DNA of 53,992 nucleotides, the filler included, from Nitrospinota bacterium (lineage in GTDB: Bacteria > JAUXIQ01), in NCBI GenBank assembly GCA_030620925.1. It is 12 parts of 12 records of this genome, joined end to end, with 100 filler letters (N's around TTAATTAATTAA, not from the genome) between each part and the next. Parts side by side here need not be neighbours in the genome. Positions count along the whole stretch, not along the records: positions 7,294 to 12,388 come from JAUXIQ010000181.1; positions 12,489 to 16,655 come from JAUXIQ010000248.1; positions 16,756 to 20,061 come from JAUXIQ010000332.1; 9 more parts are not named here. One strand, written 5' to 3'. The stretch's first letter is position 1. Each line of letters starts with the position of its first letter. The position numbers and the translations under genes are program-made. Shown here one piece after another: positions 10,276 through 20,061 of the stretch. The notes below the pieces were generated by a model. That model was not told the origin of the DNA. It saw only the letters and a list, made by a program, of their open reading frames with translations, and did not search any database.

Positions 10276-11079
10276 ATGAAAGCTAAAAGGGAGAGGAAAG
10301 AACACCTGCTGGTAATGGACGTGGGCAACACCCAGACCGTCCTGGGCCTCTACCGAAACGACGAGCTGGTAATAGACTGGCGGGTGGGTACCCACCGGCA
10401 CTATACCGCCGATGAATATACCATTATCCTCAAGGACCTCTTTCGCCTAACGCCCAAAGGCAAGATCGCCGGACTTGACGGCGTTGCCATATCCTGCGTG
10501 GTCCCGCCCCTGCTGCCGGTGATGGAAAAGCTTTTTCGCAAGTATTACGAAATAGAGCCCGTGTTGATAAACGCCGAGGTGGACAGCGGCGTCCCCCTGC
10601 TGGTGGACAACCCCTCGGAGGTGGGCGCAGACCGGATAGTAAACGCAGTGGCCGGCTTCAGCAAATACGGAGGCCCGCTGATCATCGTCGATTTCGGCAC
10701 TGCCAACACCTTCGACGTAATATCCAAAAACGGGGAGTTCCTGGGCGGAGCCATCACACCGGGCATGTCCATTTCCCTGGAGGCGCTGTTCCAGCAGACG
10801 GCGATGCTGCCCAAGGTGGAGCTGGTGAGGCCGAAAAACGTTATCGGCAAGAACACCATCTCCAACATGCAGGCGGGCATCTATTACGGCTACGTGGGAA
10901 TGGTGGACGGGATAGTTAAGCGGATGAAGACGGAGATGCAGGAAGAAGCAACGGTGGTGGCCACCGGCGGGTTCTCCTCCCTGCTGGCCCCCGAATCGGA
11001 GACCATCGACCACGTGGACCCCTACCTCACTTTAGAGGGGCTGCGCATAATCTACCGGAGGCTCACGGGCCAATCGTAG
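10276..11079 (+). CDS. coaX: Type III pantothenate kinase
   Basis: DVGNT, EVGADRIVN, DFGTA, GGAITPG, ATGG, LTLEGL. Confidence 0.96.
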   Translation: MKAKRERKEHLLVMDVGNTQTVLGLYRNDELVIDWRVGTHRHYTADEYTIILKDLFRLTPKGKIAGLDGVAISCVVPPLLPVMEKLFRKYYEIEPVLINAEVDSGVPLLVDNPSEVGADRIVNAVAGFSKYGGPLIIVDFGTANTFDVISKNGEFLGGAITPGMSISLEALFQQTAMLPKVELVRPKNVIGKNTISNMQAGIYYGYVGMVDGIVKRMKTEMQEEATVVATGGFSSLLAPESETIDHVDPYLTLEGLRIIYRRLTGQS

Positions 11080-11100
11080 GAGATTTTGAGGGGCGGAGCG

Positions 11101-11919
11101 TCAAACCTTCTGCCACAGGTTGTTGACGTTCATTTCCCGCAACCAATCCTCCATCCCCTGCAGACCTTGCCCCATGGGGTATTCTTTTTTAAGACCCAGA
11201 CCTTTAGCCGCCTCTTCAAGAGTCAGCCCTTTACCCTTAGCCTCCCTCACCGCGCCCAACCAGTCGTGGATGACGGCGGCCTGTTCCTCAAGATAACCTT
11301 TGTCGCACACCTCTCCGTGCCCGGGGACAATCACGTCCACATCAAGCTCCCCTATCCTCTTCAACGACTCCAGCCAAGCCTCCGGCTCGGCCTCGTGAAG
11401 GAAGGTCTGCACCCGATGGAAGACATTGTCCCCGGTGAAGACCACCCGCTCCCCGGGGATATAAACGCACACTTCCATGGGCGTATGCCCGGGGAGGTGC
11501 ATGAGGTGAAACATCTGCTCGCCGACCCGCAGAGTCATGCCGCTCGAAAAAGTTATCTCCGGCGGGTGAGGCGCATATCCGTGCAGAAGCCAGAGGCTGT
11601 CCGGGTCGGCCTGGCTTATGCGTTCCCTGAGCTCCTGGAGAGTGGGGAAACCGTCGTCCATCCGTTCCCTCACCCCCTGTTGTGAGATTACTGAGGCCCC
11701 GGGGAAATAAAAGTTCCCCATGACGTGGTCCAGGTGAGGCTCAGTGTTGATGATGTATAAGGGTTCCCCGTGCTTCATGATTTCATGGCGCCAGCGAACT
11801 GCGTCCAGAGGTATCTGAGGTGTATCGATGAGCACGACACCTTGAGAGGTGGTGACGAAACCGTGATTGCAACCCCTGGTATAAGTCTCCACGTAAACAT
11901 TTTCGCTTACCTGTTGCAT
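11101..11919 (-). CDS. MBL-fold metallo-hydrolase (cyclase-like)
   Basis: NTEPHLDHVMGN (ExHxDH variant), PGHT, TGD, VPGHG. Confidence 0.88.
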   Translation of the reverse strand: MQQVSENVYVETYTRGCNHGFVTTSQGVVLIDTPQIPLDAVRWRHEIMKHGEPLYIINTEPHLDHVMGNFYFPGASVISQQGVRERMDDGFPTLQELRERISQADPDSLWLLHGYAPHPPEITFSSGMTLRVGEQMFHLMHLPGHTPMEVCVYIPGERVVFTGDNVFHRVQTFLHEAEPEAWLESLKRIGELDVDVIVPGHGEVCDKGYLEEQAAVIHDWLGAVREAKGKGLTLEEAAKGLGLKKEYPMGQGLQGMEDWLREMNVNNLWQKV

Positions 11920-11958
11920 CTCTCCCTCGCTATTCCTGCATAAAGCAAGCCCGCGAAA

Positions 11959-12270
11959 CTACTTCTCTACGGGTATGTAAGTATAAACGGCCATATTGCT
12001 GGCGTGAGGTTGATAATTATCCTGAAAGTCCTTGCCCGCTTTTGCGAACTCTTCGTCTTTCATGGCGTCCTTTATCACTTCGGCGTTCTCGAATTCGTAG
12101 ACGGCAAGATACTTAGGCGACCCCTTCAAAGTTTTATAGCGCTTGCCGCTCACGAACCCTTTCACGGCCAGAATCTCAGGGATGTGTTTATTGTTGTACC
12201 ATTCGTTGAATTCGTCTTCTTTTTCCGCGGCCATATCCATCTGCACAATGAGTAACGGTCTCTCGCTCAT
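11959..12270 (-). CDS. EthD/DUF4286-like dimeric alpha-beta barrel protein
   Basis: EDEFNEWYNNKHIPEIL..KGF.SGKRY, KYLAVYE. Confidence 0.75.
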   Translation of the reverse strand: MSERPLLIVQMDMAAEKEDEFNEWYNNKHIPEILAVKGFVSGKRYKTLKGSPKYLAVYEFENAEVIKDAMKDEEFAKAGKDFQDNYQPHASNMAVYTYIPVEK

Positions 12271-12488
12271 CTCGTACCCCCTTCCCTTTCAGTTAGCTTT
12301 TTTTAAGTGGCATTAGACTGTATTAATCGACACCTCAATTGACGGTTCACATCCGCTTCACCCTGTACAGTCTAAAGCCGATTATGTANNNNNNNNNNNN
12401 NNNNNNNNNNNNNNNNNNNNNNNNNNNNNNNNTTAATTAATTAANNNNNNNNNNNNNNNNNNNNNNNNNNNNNNNNNNNNNNNNNNNN

Positions 12489-13974
12489 GACCGGAGAGTA
12501 TATCCAGTGTCGAGCATACGTTTTCGCCGTCCACACCCGGAATATCGGGGATGATCGATTCCGCGCCCGTAGCCACGACCAGCGCATCGGGTGAATAGTC
12601 TTCCACGTCACGGGCCTCGACCTTCCTGTTCGTCTCTACTTGTACACCGGCTCTGACCAGCTCGCCGGCAAGATGCTGCGCAATTTCCCGCACGGACCGT
12701 GTATGGGAATCCACGCTGCCCAAAAGAACCATGCCGCCCGTCTCGCTCTCTTTTTCGCAAAGGGTAACTTCGTGTCCCCGCATGGCGGCCACCCGTGCCG
12801 CCTCCATTCCGGCCGGTCCGCCGCCGACAACCAGTACTTTCTTTTTGGCCGCGGCAGGGGTTATGCGCATCTCCGCTTCCCTACCCAATTCCGGGTTGAC
12901 GGTGCACTTGACTGAACCCGCCTCCACCACCAGCTCGTCGATGCAGCGGTTGCAGGCGAGGCAGGGTCTTATCTCGTCCTCCCTGCCCTCCTGCGCCTTC
13001 CTGGCCCATTGCGCATCGGCAAGCAGCGAGCGGCCGAGGTATATGAGGTCGGCACTTCCGTCCTGAAGCACCTGTTCCGCGAGCTGGGGTTTATATATCC
13101 TTCCCACCGCGCCCACGGGAATACCCACTACCTTTTTTAACGCCTCAGCGTAGGGGACCAGCGCGCATACGGGGTGATCCATTCCGGGGAGCGCCCCCGG
13201 TTTATCGGGGGAATCTACCATCGAGCCGGAAAGGTCTATGGCTGCAACACCAGCCTCCTCCAGGCTGCGGCAGACGCTGAGTATAAAGTCCAGCCCGTAG
13301 CCGCCATCCTGAAACTCCTCCGCCGAAAGACGTGCCAGCACGGGGAAATCGTCTCCCACTTCCCGCCGAACGGCCTCCACTATCTCCAGCAGGAAGCGCA
13401 TCCTGGCTTCCTCGCTGCCACCATAGTCGTCGGTTCTCTTGTTGGTCACGGGGGAGAGGAACTGGTTTATCAGATAGCCGTGCGCACCGTGCACCTGCAC
13501 TGAATCGAAACCGGCCTTCTTTGCCCGGCCCGCCGCCAGGGCGAAATCACGCTGCACCTCTTCGATTTCCTGGAGGGTCATCTCCCTGGCAGTTCCGGTA
13601 GCGGTAGGAGATATGGGTATTTCACCGATAGCCGCGGGACCGGCTGAGCGGCCGGCATGATGAATCTGTGCGCAGATTTTGCTGCCCCGGTCGTGCACGG
13701 CGTCGGTGAGTTTCCTGTGCCCCTCGATCAACGAATCATCGTAAAGCCCGAACCTGTTAGGGCCGCCCCGCCCCCTCCGCTGGACGTAATTCGACTCGGT
13801 AATTATGAGGCCGACCTCGCCTGCGGCCCGCTCTGCGTAATAGTCCATGAGGTGTTGAGTGACCGACCCGTCGGGCTCCGCGAAGTGGGTGGCCATGGGG
13901 GCCATGACTACTCTGTTCTTCAGTTCCATATTACCCACCGAAAACGGGCTGAACAATTTTTGGAAGTTTCCCAT
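12489..13974 (-). CDS. NADH:flavin oxidoreductase (OYE family with FeS and FAD domains, FadH/BaiCD-like), 3' truncated
   Basis: KNRVVMAPM, YYAERA, HGAHGYLINQFLSP..N.RTDDYGGS, CLACNRC...CTVNP, VVGGGPAGMEAA. Confidence 0.92.
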
Positions 13975-14107
13975 AATTCCACATTCCCATATTAGGGTTT
14001 CGTCTGGTCGTTATTGTTACCTGGATTCTGCAATTACAATTCGCCTGCAATAAAAGAGCAGTTACGATCCGGTGCGGACACTCTCTCAGTATCCCTTGAA
14101 ATCCGAC

Positions 14108-15709
14108 CTACCCGTTATCGTTCATGATCTTGAGGCCCATAGGCTCCGGGTAGAATATGCGCTTGTCCATCTCCTTGAGATCGGGAGAAACTTTTATGGG
14201 AAACTCGCTCTGGTCGAGCACGTCTTTATTCAAATCCACGCCGGGCGCTATCTCGATGAGGACCATCCCCTCATCCATGAGTCTGAAGACCGCCCTCTCG
14301 GTGACGTAGGTCACTTCCTGCCCTTTCTTCAGGGCCTCCTGTCCGTTGAAAGTTATCTGCTGCACTCGGTTAACGAATTTCTTCCGCTTCCCTTCCTTCA
14401 ACACGTTGAAAGTCCCGTCGGAAATTTCCGTCTCCAGGCCGCTTACGGTCATGCTCCCCACGAAGACGATCCGTGGTGTGCGGTGGCTAATGTCTATGAA
14501 CCCCCCGCAGCCGGGCATCACGGGGCCGAACTTGCTGACGTTGACGTTCCCTTCGGCGTCCACCTCACCGAAGCTGAGTATGGTCAATCCCAGGCCGCCC
14601 CCCACGTAGAAATCCATCAGCTCGGCGGAAGTCATTATGGCCTGGACGTTGTGATGCGCCACGCTCCCTATGTTCACCCCGCCCAGCGAGCCATGCTCGA
14701 TGGTGAACTGCGCTTCATCTTCCACTCCCTCCTCGATGGTCACCAGGGGAACCGTCCTGATGCCCACGCCCCCGCCCAGGTTGGTCACCTCGCCCGGCTG
14801 CAGCTCCATGGCCGCCCGGCGGCCGATTATCTTCTCCCGCTTCAGCTCCAGCATCTCCAGTTCAGGCATGGGCATGCGTATCTCACCGGAGGCGGCGGGG
14901 TTATAGGAAAAATCTTCTATGGGGGGGAACATGCTGCTGTCCATGCGCCGGCTGCCTACCACCATTACCGGCTGATCGGGGTCCACCACCACGTAGTCCA
15001 CCAGCGCCGCGGACACTTCCACCATGCGCGGATGCAGCCCTCCCCGCCTGGTCATGCGTTTCACCTGGGCGATGACTATGCCCCCGTTGGTCTTTGCGGC
15101 CGTGGCCTGAACTCGCACCCCCATGGAGAGGTACTCCTCTTCCAAGGAGATGTTGCCGTCCTCGTCGGCGGTAGTGCCCCGTATGACGGCCACGTCTATG
15201 GGAACCGATTTGTAGAGAAGGTATTCCTGCCCGTTGATCTGATGCAGCTCCACAATGTCTTCCTTGGTGCACTCGTTGAATTTGCCGCCCTCCTGGCGGG
15301 GGTCCTGGAAGGTGTTGAGGCCCACCTGCGTCAGGTAGCCGGGGAGCCCCATGGCGGTGCAGCGCAGGATGTGGAACATCCCGCCCAGGATGAGGTTGTA
15401 GGCCTCGACCTTATTGCTGTTGACCAGCTCGGCCAGCCTGGGGTAGACCTGGTTATAGAAACTGCTGCCGATGAACCTGCGCACCATGCCTTCATGGCTG
15501 AAATGTTCGAGGCCCGTATCCTCCCCGAAGCCGAACATTACGGGGTAGTAGAGCGTGAGGTCCCTCGGCTCTCCACTTGCTTTGAACCTGCCGCCGATGG
15601 CCTGGCACACCTTCTCCGGCACCAATAACTGGCCCATCCCGGAAACGGTAACTGTCTGACCGTTGCCTACCAGCTCAGCCGCTCGTTGAGCGGAAATGAC
15701 TTCTACCAT
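14108..15709 (-). CDS. Family I acyl-CoA:acetate/3-ketoacid CoA transferase (YdiF/Pct-like)
   Basis: VGLNTFQDPR, IRGTTADEDGN, NLGGG, catalytic IEHG..GG, EVDAEGNVNVSKF, GCGGFIDIS, YVTERAVF. Confidence 0.92.
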   Translation of the reverse strand: MVEVISAQRAAELVGNGQTVTVSGMGQLLVPEKVCQAIGGRFKASGEPRDLTLYYPVMFGFGEDTGLEHFSHEGMVRRFIGSSFYNQVYPRLAELVNSNKVEAYNLILGGMFHILRCTAMGLPGYLTQVGLNTFQDPRQEGGKFNECTKEDIVELHQINGQEYLLYKSVPIDVAVIRGTTADEDGNISLEEEYLSMGVRVQATAAKTNGGIVIAQVKRMTRRGGLHPRMVEVSAALVDYVVVDPDQPVMVVGSRRMDSSMFPPIEDFSYNPAASGEIRMPMPELEMLELKREKIIGRRAAMELQPGEVTNLGGGVGIRTVPLVTIEEGVEDEAQFTIEHGSLGGVNIGSVAHHNVQAIMTSAELMDFYVGGGLGLTILSFGEVDAEGNVNVSKFGPVMPGCGGFIDISHRTPRIVFVGSMTVSGLETEISDGTFNVLKEGKRKKFVNRVQQITFNGQEALKKGQEVTYVTERAVFRLMDEGMVLIEIAPGVDLNKDVLDQSEFPIKVSPDLKEMDKRIFYPEPMGLKIMNDNG

Positions 15710-15904
15710 ATTTCACGTCCCCCCGCAGACATGCAGTTTACTAAATCGAAGAACAGGCCGCTATCCTTTTCCGAATGATTGACATATTCAGGATACCCTT
15801 TTGGAGAGATTATTATAAATCATGGCGTTGAGGAATGAAAGGGGGAGCTTCAGTTTATGAATTTTATCCGGCCATCCTCTGAATATTAATCAAAATACTC
15901 TTGA

Positions 15905-15987
15905 TTGTCATTCTGAATGGAGCGCAGCGCAATGAAGAATCTCGCTGGCCGATTATGCGAGATTCTTCGCTTCGCTCAGAATGACAA
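15905..15987. repeat. Long imperfect palindromic (REP-like) element
   Basis: TTGTCATTCTGA...GAAGAATCTCGC / GCGAGATTCTTC...TCAGAATGACAA nested inverted repeats. Confidence 0.75.
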
Positions 15988-16345
15988 AGGGAGCGTTTTT
16001 GCGATAAACAAAAAGGGCAGGCTGTATGATGGGTTTGGATAACCGAATTGGTACATTTTACCAGACATACCCACTCATTTATGGGTGTGTGATGATCCCG
16101 CCGTAAGGCGAGGTCGAACCCCGTCACTCGTGGCGGTGGGGGGGGGTGTATACCGCAAGCGGGTGGGTATCCTTGGTTAAGGTAAAAGTGCCGCAGCAGC
16201 AGCCTTGCAAATAGACTAATAATCTAATAATCTTTAAGCATTTCGGTTTTATTGCCACGCTTAAGAGGCTAATCGTTCGTCTTTCGCGATTTTCCGGCCA
16301 GTTCATCTGATGCTGAAGATCGGTCAACTCAATTGAGAGAAGTAT

Positions 16346-16655
16346 ATGAACGAATCGGTTGCCGCCGAACTTGAAAAAAAAGGGTTCTTTTACGGCTGGG
16401 TGATCGTCATCGCTTCGTGCATCATTGTGGCCATGGGGATGGGGCTTCTCTTTTCGTTCGGCGTCTTCTTAAAACCTCTGCAGGAGCATTTCTCATGGAC
16501 AAGGGCCTCCATCTCTTTTTCTTCAACGATAAGCTGGTGGGCGATAGGTGCGTTTTCACTCATTTTCGGTTTTTTGTCCGACAGGATAGGAACCCGAAAA
16601 GTGGTGATCATTGGGGCATTTGCGTTAGGCCTCGGTCTGCTGCTCACCAGCCGGA
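16346..16655 (+). CDS. MFS transporter (OFA/MCT-like), 3' truncated
   Basis: FFYGWVIV, SFGVFLKPL..F.WTRA, motif A GFLSDRIGTR. Confidence 0.88.
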
Positions 16656-16755
16656 NNNNNNNNNNNNNNNNNNNNNNNNNNNNNNNNNNNNNNNNNNNNT
16701 TAATTAATTAANNNNNNNNNNNNNNNNNNNNNNNNNNNNNNNNNNNNNNNNNNNN

Positions 16756-17553
16756 ATGGGATTGGCCCGGTCGGGCATAATGAACGCAGTGGGGAGCACG
16801 GAAACGCCGCCCACCCGTATCGCCGGTGGTATCGCAGACCAGATGGGAGCCATCATGCTTGCTTACGGCATCCTGGCTGCCATCATCGACAGGGAGCGCC
16901 ACGGCACTGGACAGAAAGTCGATATTTCCCACCTGGGCAGCATGATGCATCTGCAGGGAGTTAACGTTCAGGCCACCCTGGCCATGGGGAAGTCCCTGTA
17001 CCAGTCAGCCCGGCATCAGCCCCCGAATCCGCTCTGGAACCATTATGAGTGCGGCGACGGGAAATGGATCTGCCTTGGGATGATCGAGGCCCATAGATAC
17101 TGGCACGACTTCTGCTTCGCCATGGGTATATCTCACCTGGAGCATGATCCCAGGTTTAAAGACAACGCTTCCAGAAGCGATAACGGCGAAGAGCTGACCG
17201 GCATACTGGACGATCTTTTCGCCTCACGCCCCAGGGAAGAGTGGATGAAAATCCTGAGTGATGGCGGAGATTTCATATACACGGTGGTGAACGATTTAAC
17301 TGACCTGACGGAAGACGTCCAGGCTCTGCTCAACGATTATATTATCGACTATGACCACCCCGTGCACGGCCCGATGAAAGTCGCCGGCTACCCTGTCCAG
17401 TTCAGCGAGAACCCATGCACTATACAGAGACATGCGCCTGAACTGGGGGAGCATAGCCACGAAATACTAAGCCGATTCTGCGGTTACAACGACTCGGAGA
17501 TCGAGGAGCTGTTCAGGGAGAAAGTCATCGTCTCGCCCAAATCGCCCGTTTAA
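16756..17553 (+). CDS. Family III CoA transferase (CaiB/BaiF), 5' truncated
   Basis: IADQMGA, RERHGTGQKVDIS, YECGDGKWI, DPRF, APELGEHS. Confidence 0.92.
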   Translation: MGLARSGIMNAVGSTETPPTRIAGGIADQMGAIMLAYGILAAIIDRERHGTGQKVDISHLGSMMHLQGVNVQATLAMGKSLYQSARHQPPNPLWNHYECGDGKWICLGMIEAHRYWHDFCFAMGISHLEHDPRFKDNASRSDNGEELTGILDDLFASRPREEWMKILSDGGDFIYTVVNDLTDLTEDVQALLNDYIIDYDHPVHGPMKVAGYPVQFSENPCTIQRHAPELGEHSHEILSRFCGYNDSEIEELFREKVIVSPKSPV

Positions 17554-17558
17554 AAACT

Positions 17559-17622
17559 TAGGGGCGACCCGCCTGGAATGCGCTCCTACAACAGGCTGTA
17601 GGGGTGAATCTTGTATTCGCCC
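17559..17622. repeat. GTAG-type REP-like repeats between convergent genes
   Basis: TAGGGGCGACCCGCC...CTCCTAC and GTAGGGGTGAATCTTGTATTCGCCC. Confidence 0.55.
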
Positions 17623-17651
17623 AACTCAGTCTGCCTTGAGGCCGCGAGATA

Positions 17652-19091
17652 TTATTTCACTTTCCACTCGGTGAAATTTGCCCATTTGGGGGGTGCTTTG
17701 GGACCGGGCTTCTTTCCGTAAAAGATGTCGTCCATATATGAAAAGATGCGCCTTGAAGTTTTGTTCCGTGTGATCAGCCAGACTATAAGCTGATGGGGGA
17801 AAGTTCGCGCGTGGCTCCAGGGGCATACCCTCATGCAGATGCAGCATTCCGTCCCCACCTTTCCCCAATAATCGAAACATGATTCGGCATCCAGCTTCCA
17901 GCGGAGGGTCCCGTTGACCTCACATAGGTCATCATCGGGAATAGAATCGCCGGGGCAGCAGACGGCGCATTTTTTACAGATGTCGCAAAAATTCTCTACC
18001 CCTATATCAACCGGCTTGTCTGGTATGAGGGGCAGGTCGGTTGTCACCGCCCCCAGCCGCTGCCTGGCCCCGAACTCTTTGGTCATCAGATACCCGATTC
18101 GCCCCACTTCCCCCAATCCCGCGTCCGCCGCCAGGGGAACGAGGTTCCCCTCGTAATATGAGAGATGGTTAGCCGTGGCCGAATAGCCCATATTGGCTAT
18201 GTATGCCGCAAGCTGAGCGGCGATGAACGTCCCGTCGGAATATTTGCGCATACTTTCCATAGCGCTGGGCGTGTGTGGGCCTGCTCCGATCATTTCTATA
18301 TCCATCTCCACGGCGAATACGATGGCATACTTATGCTCCGCCTTGAGCTCCTGACCCCACTCCTCCTGCACTTGCGGGTGGGGTATCCCCCGGTGGGTAT
18401 ACATCCAGAGGGGGTTGATCTCGGTTATACCGACCAGGTCGGCCCCGAAACGCAGCGCGTAGCCTTTTATTCTCTCCGTTGCTTCTTCGAGACTGAGCTC
18501 GATTTTGTCTTCCGATACTCGGGGTCTGACCCGCTCGGGGACACCGAGATGCCTGTTGAACGCTACCGACGCCATTATGGCCGCCCTGTTCGGCCCCTCG
18601 TAAGGATGGTCTATGGCACCCATTTGTCCCAACGGGCCTCCTACCGCCCTCCTATTGGCGTCGCGCTCCTCATATTCCGGATGTTCCTTGTAAAACTTCT
18701 CATAGTTTTCCGTTTCCGGCTCAAGATAATTATTCCTGGAGAAGACTATCTTCCGTTCATCGCATCTTTTCACTTCCCCGACGATCAGCCCTTTCGTGCC
18801 TTCAAGTGCCCTCGGATTCGCGCCGGTTTTCCTCATGAGCATAAAAGCGGCGAAGACGGCAGCTATTATACCGATGGTCAACAGGGTCAGACCGGCTCCG
18901 GTGTCAAAAAAACCTGTCTTCAGCAGGTAAAAGAACATGAGCACAAGGGCCAGCATGCCCGCAAATTGGAGCCCGCCTAAGACACTCGCCCTCTTCTCTT
19001 TTTCCCGGATACTGGAAACGAAAAAAGCAAGCCCGATGGAAGCCTGAATTATCAGGATTGCGGCACCTATAATAATCAAGACATCAACCAT
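17652..19091 (-). CDS. rdhA: Reductive dehalogenase homologue (RdhA) with three N-terminal transmembrane helices
   Basis: GADLVGI, AGLGEVGRIG, VTTDLPLIPDKP, FCDICKKCAVCCP (CX2CX2CX3CP) and C-X10-CX2CX3CP; hydrophobic residues ~1-87; no RRxFxK. Confidence 0.85.
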   Translation of the reverse strand: MVDVLIIIGAAILIIQASIGLAFFVSSIREKEKRASVLGGLQFAGMLALVLMFFYLLKTGFFDTGAGLTLLTIGIIAAVFAAFMLMRKTGANPRALEGTKGLIVGEVKRCDERKIVFSRNNYLEPETENYEKFYKEHPEYEERDANRRAVGGPLGQMGAIDHPYEGPNRAAIMASVAFNRHLGVPERVRPRVSEDKIELSLEEATERIKGYALRFGADLVGITEINPLWMYTHRGIPHPQVQEEWGQELKAEHKYAIVFAVEMDIEMIGAGPHTPSAMESMRKYSDGTFIAAQLAAYIANMGYSATANHLSYYEGNLVPLAADAGLGEVGRIGYLMTKEFGARQRLGAVTTDLPLIPDKPVDIGVENFCDICKKCAVCCPGDSIPDDDLCEVNGTLRWKLDAESCFDYWGKVGTECCICMRVCPWSHARTFPHQLIVWLITRNKTSRRIFSYMDDIFYGKKPGPKAPPKWANFTEWKVK

Positions 19092-19188
19092 TTCTTACAC
19101 CCCGCGAAAACCCTGCGGCCTAAACCTGTACACAAACATATTCTAACCTGAACAGGGTTTACCACGACTTAATAAAGTACTCAAGATT

Positions 19189-19228
19189 AAAAAAACTCCA
19201 GGCGGGCCTTTACAGCGCTCGCCTGGAG
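19189..19228 (-). terminator. Intrinsic terminator after the QueG-like gene
   Basis: Minus strand CTCCAGGCGAGC-loop-GCCCGCCTGGAG followed by a T-run. Confidence 0.7.
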
Positions 19229-19256
19229 CCTTCATTGCTCTATTGAGCTTCAGCAG

Positions 19257-20061
19257 CTATACATAGAGAGAGCGCGTTTCCTCGTCCATTGCCGCTATAC
19301 GTTCCTCCGCTTTTTCGGCGGAGACTTTTTCGATGGAGCCATCGGGATTCTGGACGACCACGCCGTTTGTGGTCAACGTTTTAAACCGTTCGGCGCGCTT
19401 TTTCTTGTCTGGATGACAGAGGAGCTGGCAGTTGCCGCAGGTGAGGTAGAGCTTATTTTTCATCAAAATGTGATAGGCTCCGCCGCCCATGTCCGGCCTT
19501 TTGTTATATGCCTTGATGCCTTTCCGCATCAAATCCAAAAACTCCTCGTCCTTCTCGGGGATTTCGTAGCGGCCCGGGGACCAGGTCGACCACTTACCAT
19601 CCGGATGAAGCCCGCTCATGCCGCCGCATACGAACTCGCAGCGCATATATTCACGGCGCTTGGAATAGGAGAAGGGAATGTCTCCCAGGATAATGTCGGT
19701 TTTTTCTTCCTTGTCCATCATGCCCGAAAGGCAGGAGTTGAGGCAGAGGCCACAGTTGTCGCAGTAGTTCTCCTCCGGCGGTGTGTGCTCGGTGGGGGTC
19801 AGCTCCGCCGAAGTAACGCATGCACCCAGGATGACCGCCGCACCCTCCTTTTTGGTTAATACGTTACCCGACAGACCGAAAAACGCCGCGCCTGAACGGG
19901 CCGCCAGGTAGCGGAGCGAGATATCGGGTATCATGGAATACTTGCCGCGCTCCGCTTCTTCGCGGTAGACCTCGTTGACCTTGACCGCTTTCGATTTGAA
20001 CCCGTGGTGTTCCAGAAAATTCTCAAGCGCGCATCCGATACCGGCGGCCTGAGTATTAACC
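19257..20061 (-). CDS. QueG/RdhA-superfamily cobalamin and 4Fe-4S protein (epoxyqueuosine reductase-like), 5' truncated
   Basis: PDISLRYLAARSG..FFGLSGN, CDNCGLCLNSC, CEFVC, CGNCQLLC; the frame stays open upstream of 19934 to the contig edge. Confidence 0.78.

Noticed and set aside
14072..15628. Long antisense ORFs (e.g. 14072-15628 +, 4827-5696 +, 18165-18980 +, 29539-30645 -, 42900-43844 +)
   Set aside because: Shadow frames opposite well-supported genes in GC-rich DNA, with no recognisable motifs.
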